From the NCBI GenBank assembly GCA_038087875.1, contig CM075997.1:372001-436000 (forward strand): 64,000 nt of DNA, given 5' to 3'. The position numbers and the translations under genes were made by a program. This stretch comes from Malacoraja senta. Taxonomy: Eukaryota. How positions within the stretch are numbered: the stretch's first letter is position 1; every line of letters begins with the position of its first letter. This document shows positions 63,632-64,000 of the stretch, piece by piece. Under the pieces are notes generated by a model, which searched no databases, was not told where the DNA came from, and saw only the letters and a program-made list of their open reading frames with translations.

Positions 63632-64000
63632 GTAAAGAGCTTCATCGAAACTCAGAAGGCTCTCCTCACTGAGATACAAAATGGTTGCAAGAGGAATTTC
63701 ATTCTGGCCAAGGAAAAGGAGGAGAAGGAGCAGAAACTGCGTCAGTCTGCCTCCATGCCCGAGATCACCGTGACTCTGTGCGAGAAAGCAGAGGAGTGCC
63801 AGAACGATCGGGCCTGCCCGAAGGAGGAGAGATCGGCAAATGAGAATGGCCAAGAGGGCACTCCGGCCGTGACTGGGAATGCTGAGGAATCGGGTGGTGT
63901 TGGTGAGTCTGTGGCGATGTCCCGCGCTGTGGAATGTAACCGCCATTCGGCAGCAAGAGAGAAGCCGGTGCCTCGGCTTCTGGCCCAGAAGCTCGACGCT
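63632..64000 (+). CDS. PPP1R37: PPP1R37 exon 11 (runs off the window end)
   Basis: CGCAG|VKSFIETQKALLTEIQNGCKRNFILAKEKEEKEQKLRQSASMPEITV..., open to the window edge. Confidence 0.94.

Noticed and set aside
63626..63640. CAG|GTAAAG recursive-splice-like site (also CAG|GTAAC at 12013-12020)
   Set aside because: The GT belongs to conserved codons (Val, Gly) and the introns are short; no evidence for recursive splicing.

Overview
Eukaryotic (vertebrate) genomic DNA, most likely a cartilaginous fish such as a skate or ray. This assignment is inferred from HE1/V-SINE, CR1 and Penelope repeat content. Two + strand spliced genes lie in tandem. The first is the 3' part of PPP5C (protein phosphatase 5): 11 coding exons, 483-20046, equivalent to human exons 3-13. 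The second is PPP1R37/LRRC68: exons 2-11, 41342 to the window end; exon 1 was not found and may lie in the N gap at 32821-33020. Introns and the intergenic region are dominated by CR1, L2, Rex1/Babar and Tx1/L1 LINE fragments, tRNA-derived V-SINEs, Penelope-like (PLE) 3' ends and non-autonomous DNA transposons. Most notable: (1) many PLE-derived repeats carry a minimal hammerhead-ribozyme-like motif, often as inverted pairs, with one tandem array; (2) a U12-type minor intron in PPP5C; (3) a +1 frameshift in the PPP5C catalytic exon 8; (4) a degenerate duplicate of PPP1R37 exon 5 with an intact acceptor; (5) an unclassified ~1 kb TIR element; (6) teleost-like L2 LINEs. Exon numbering and human comparisons are from recall of the orthologues; repeat boundaries are approximate unless a TSD is given.
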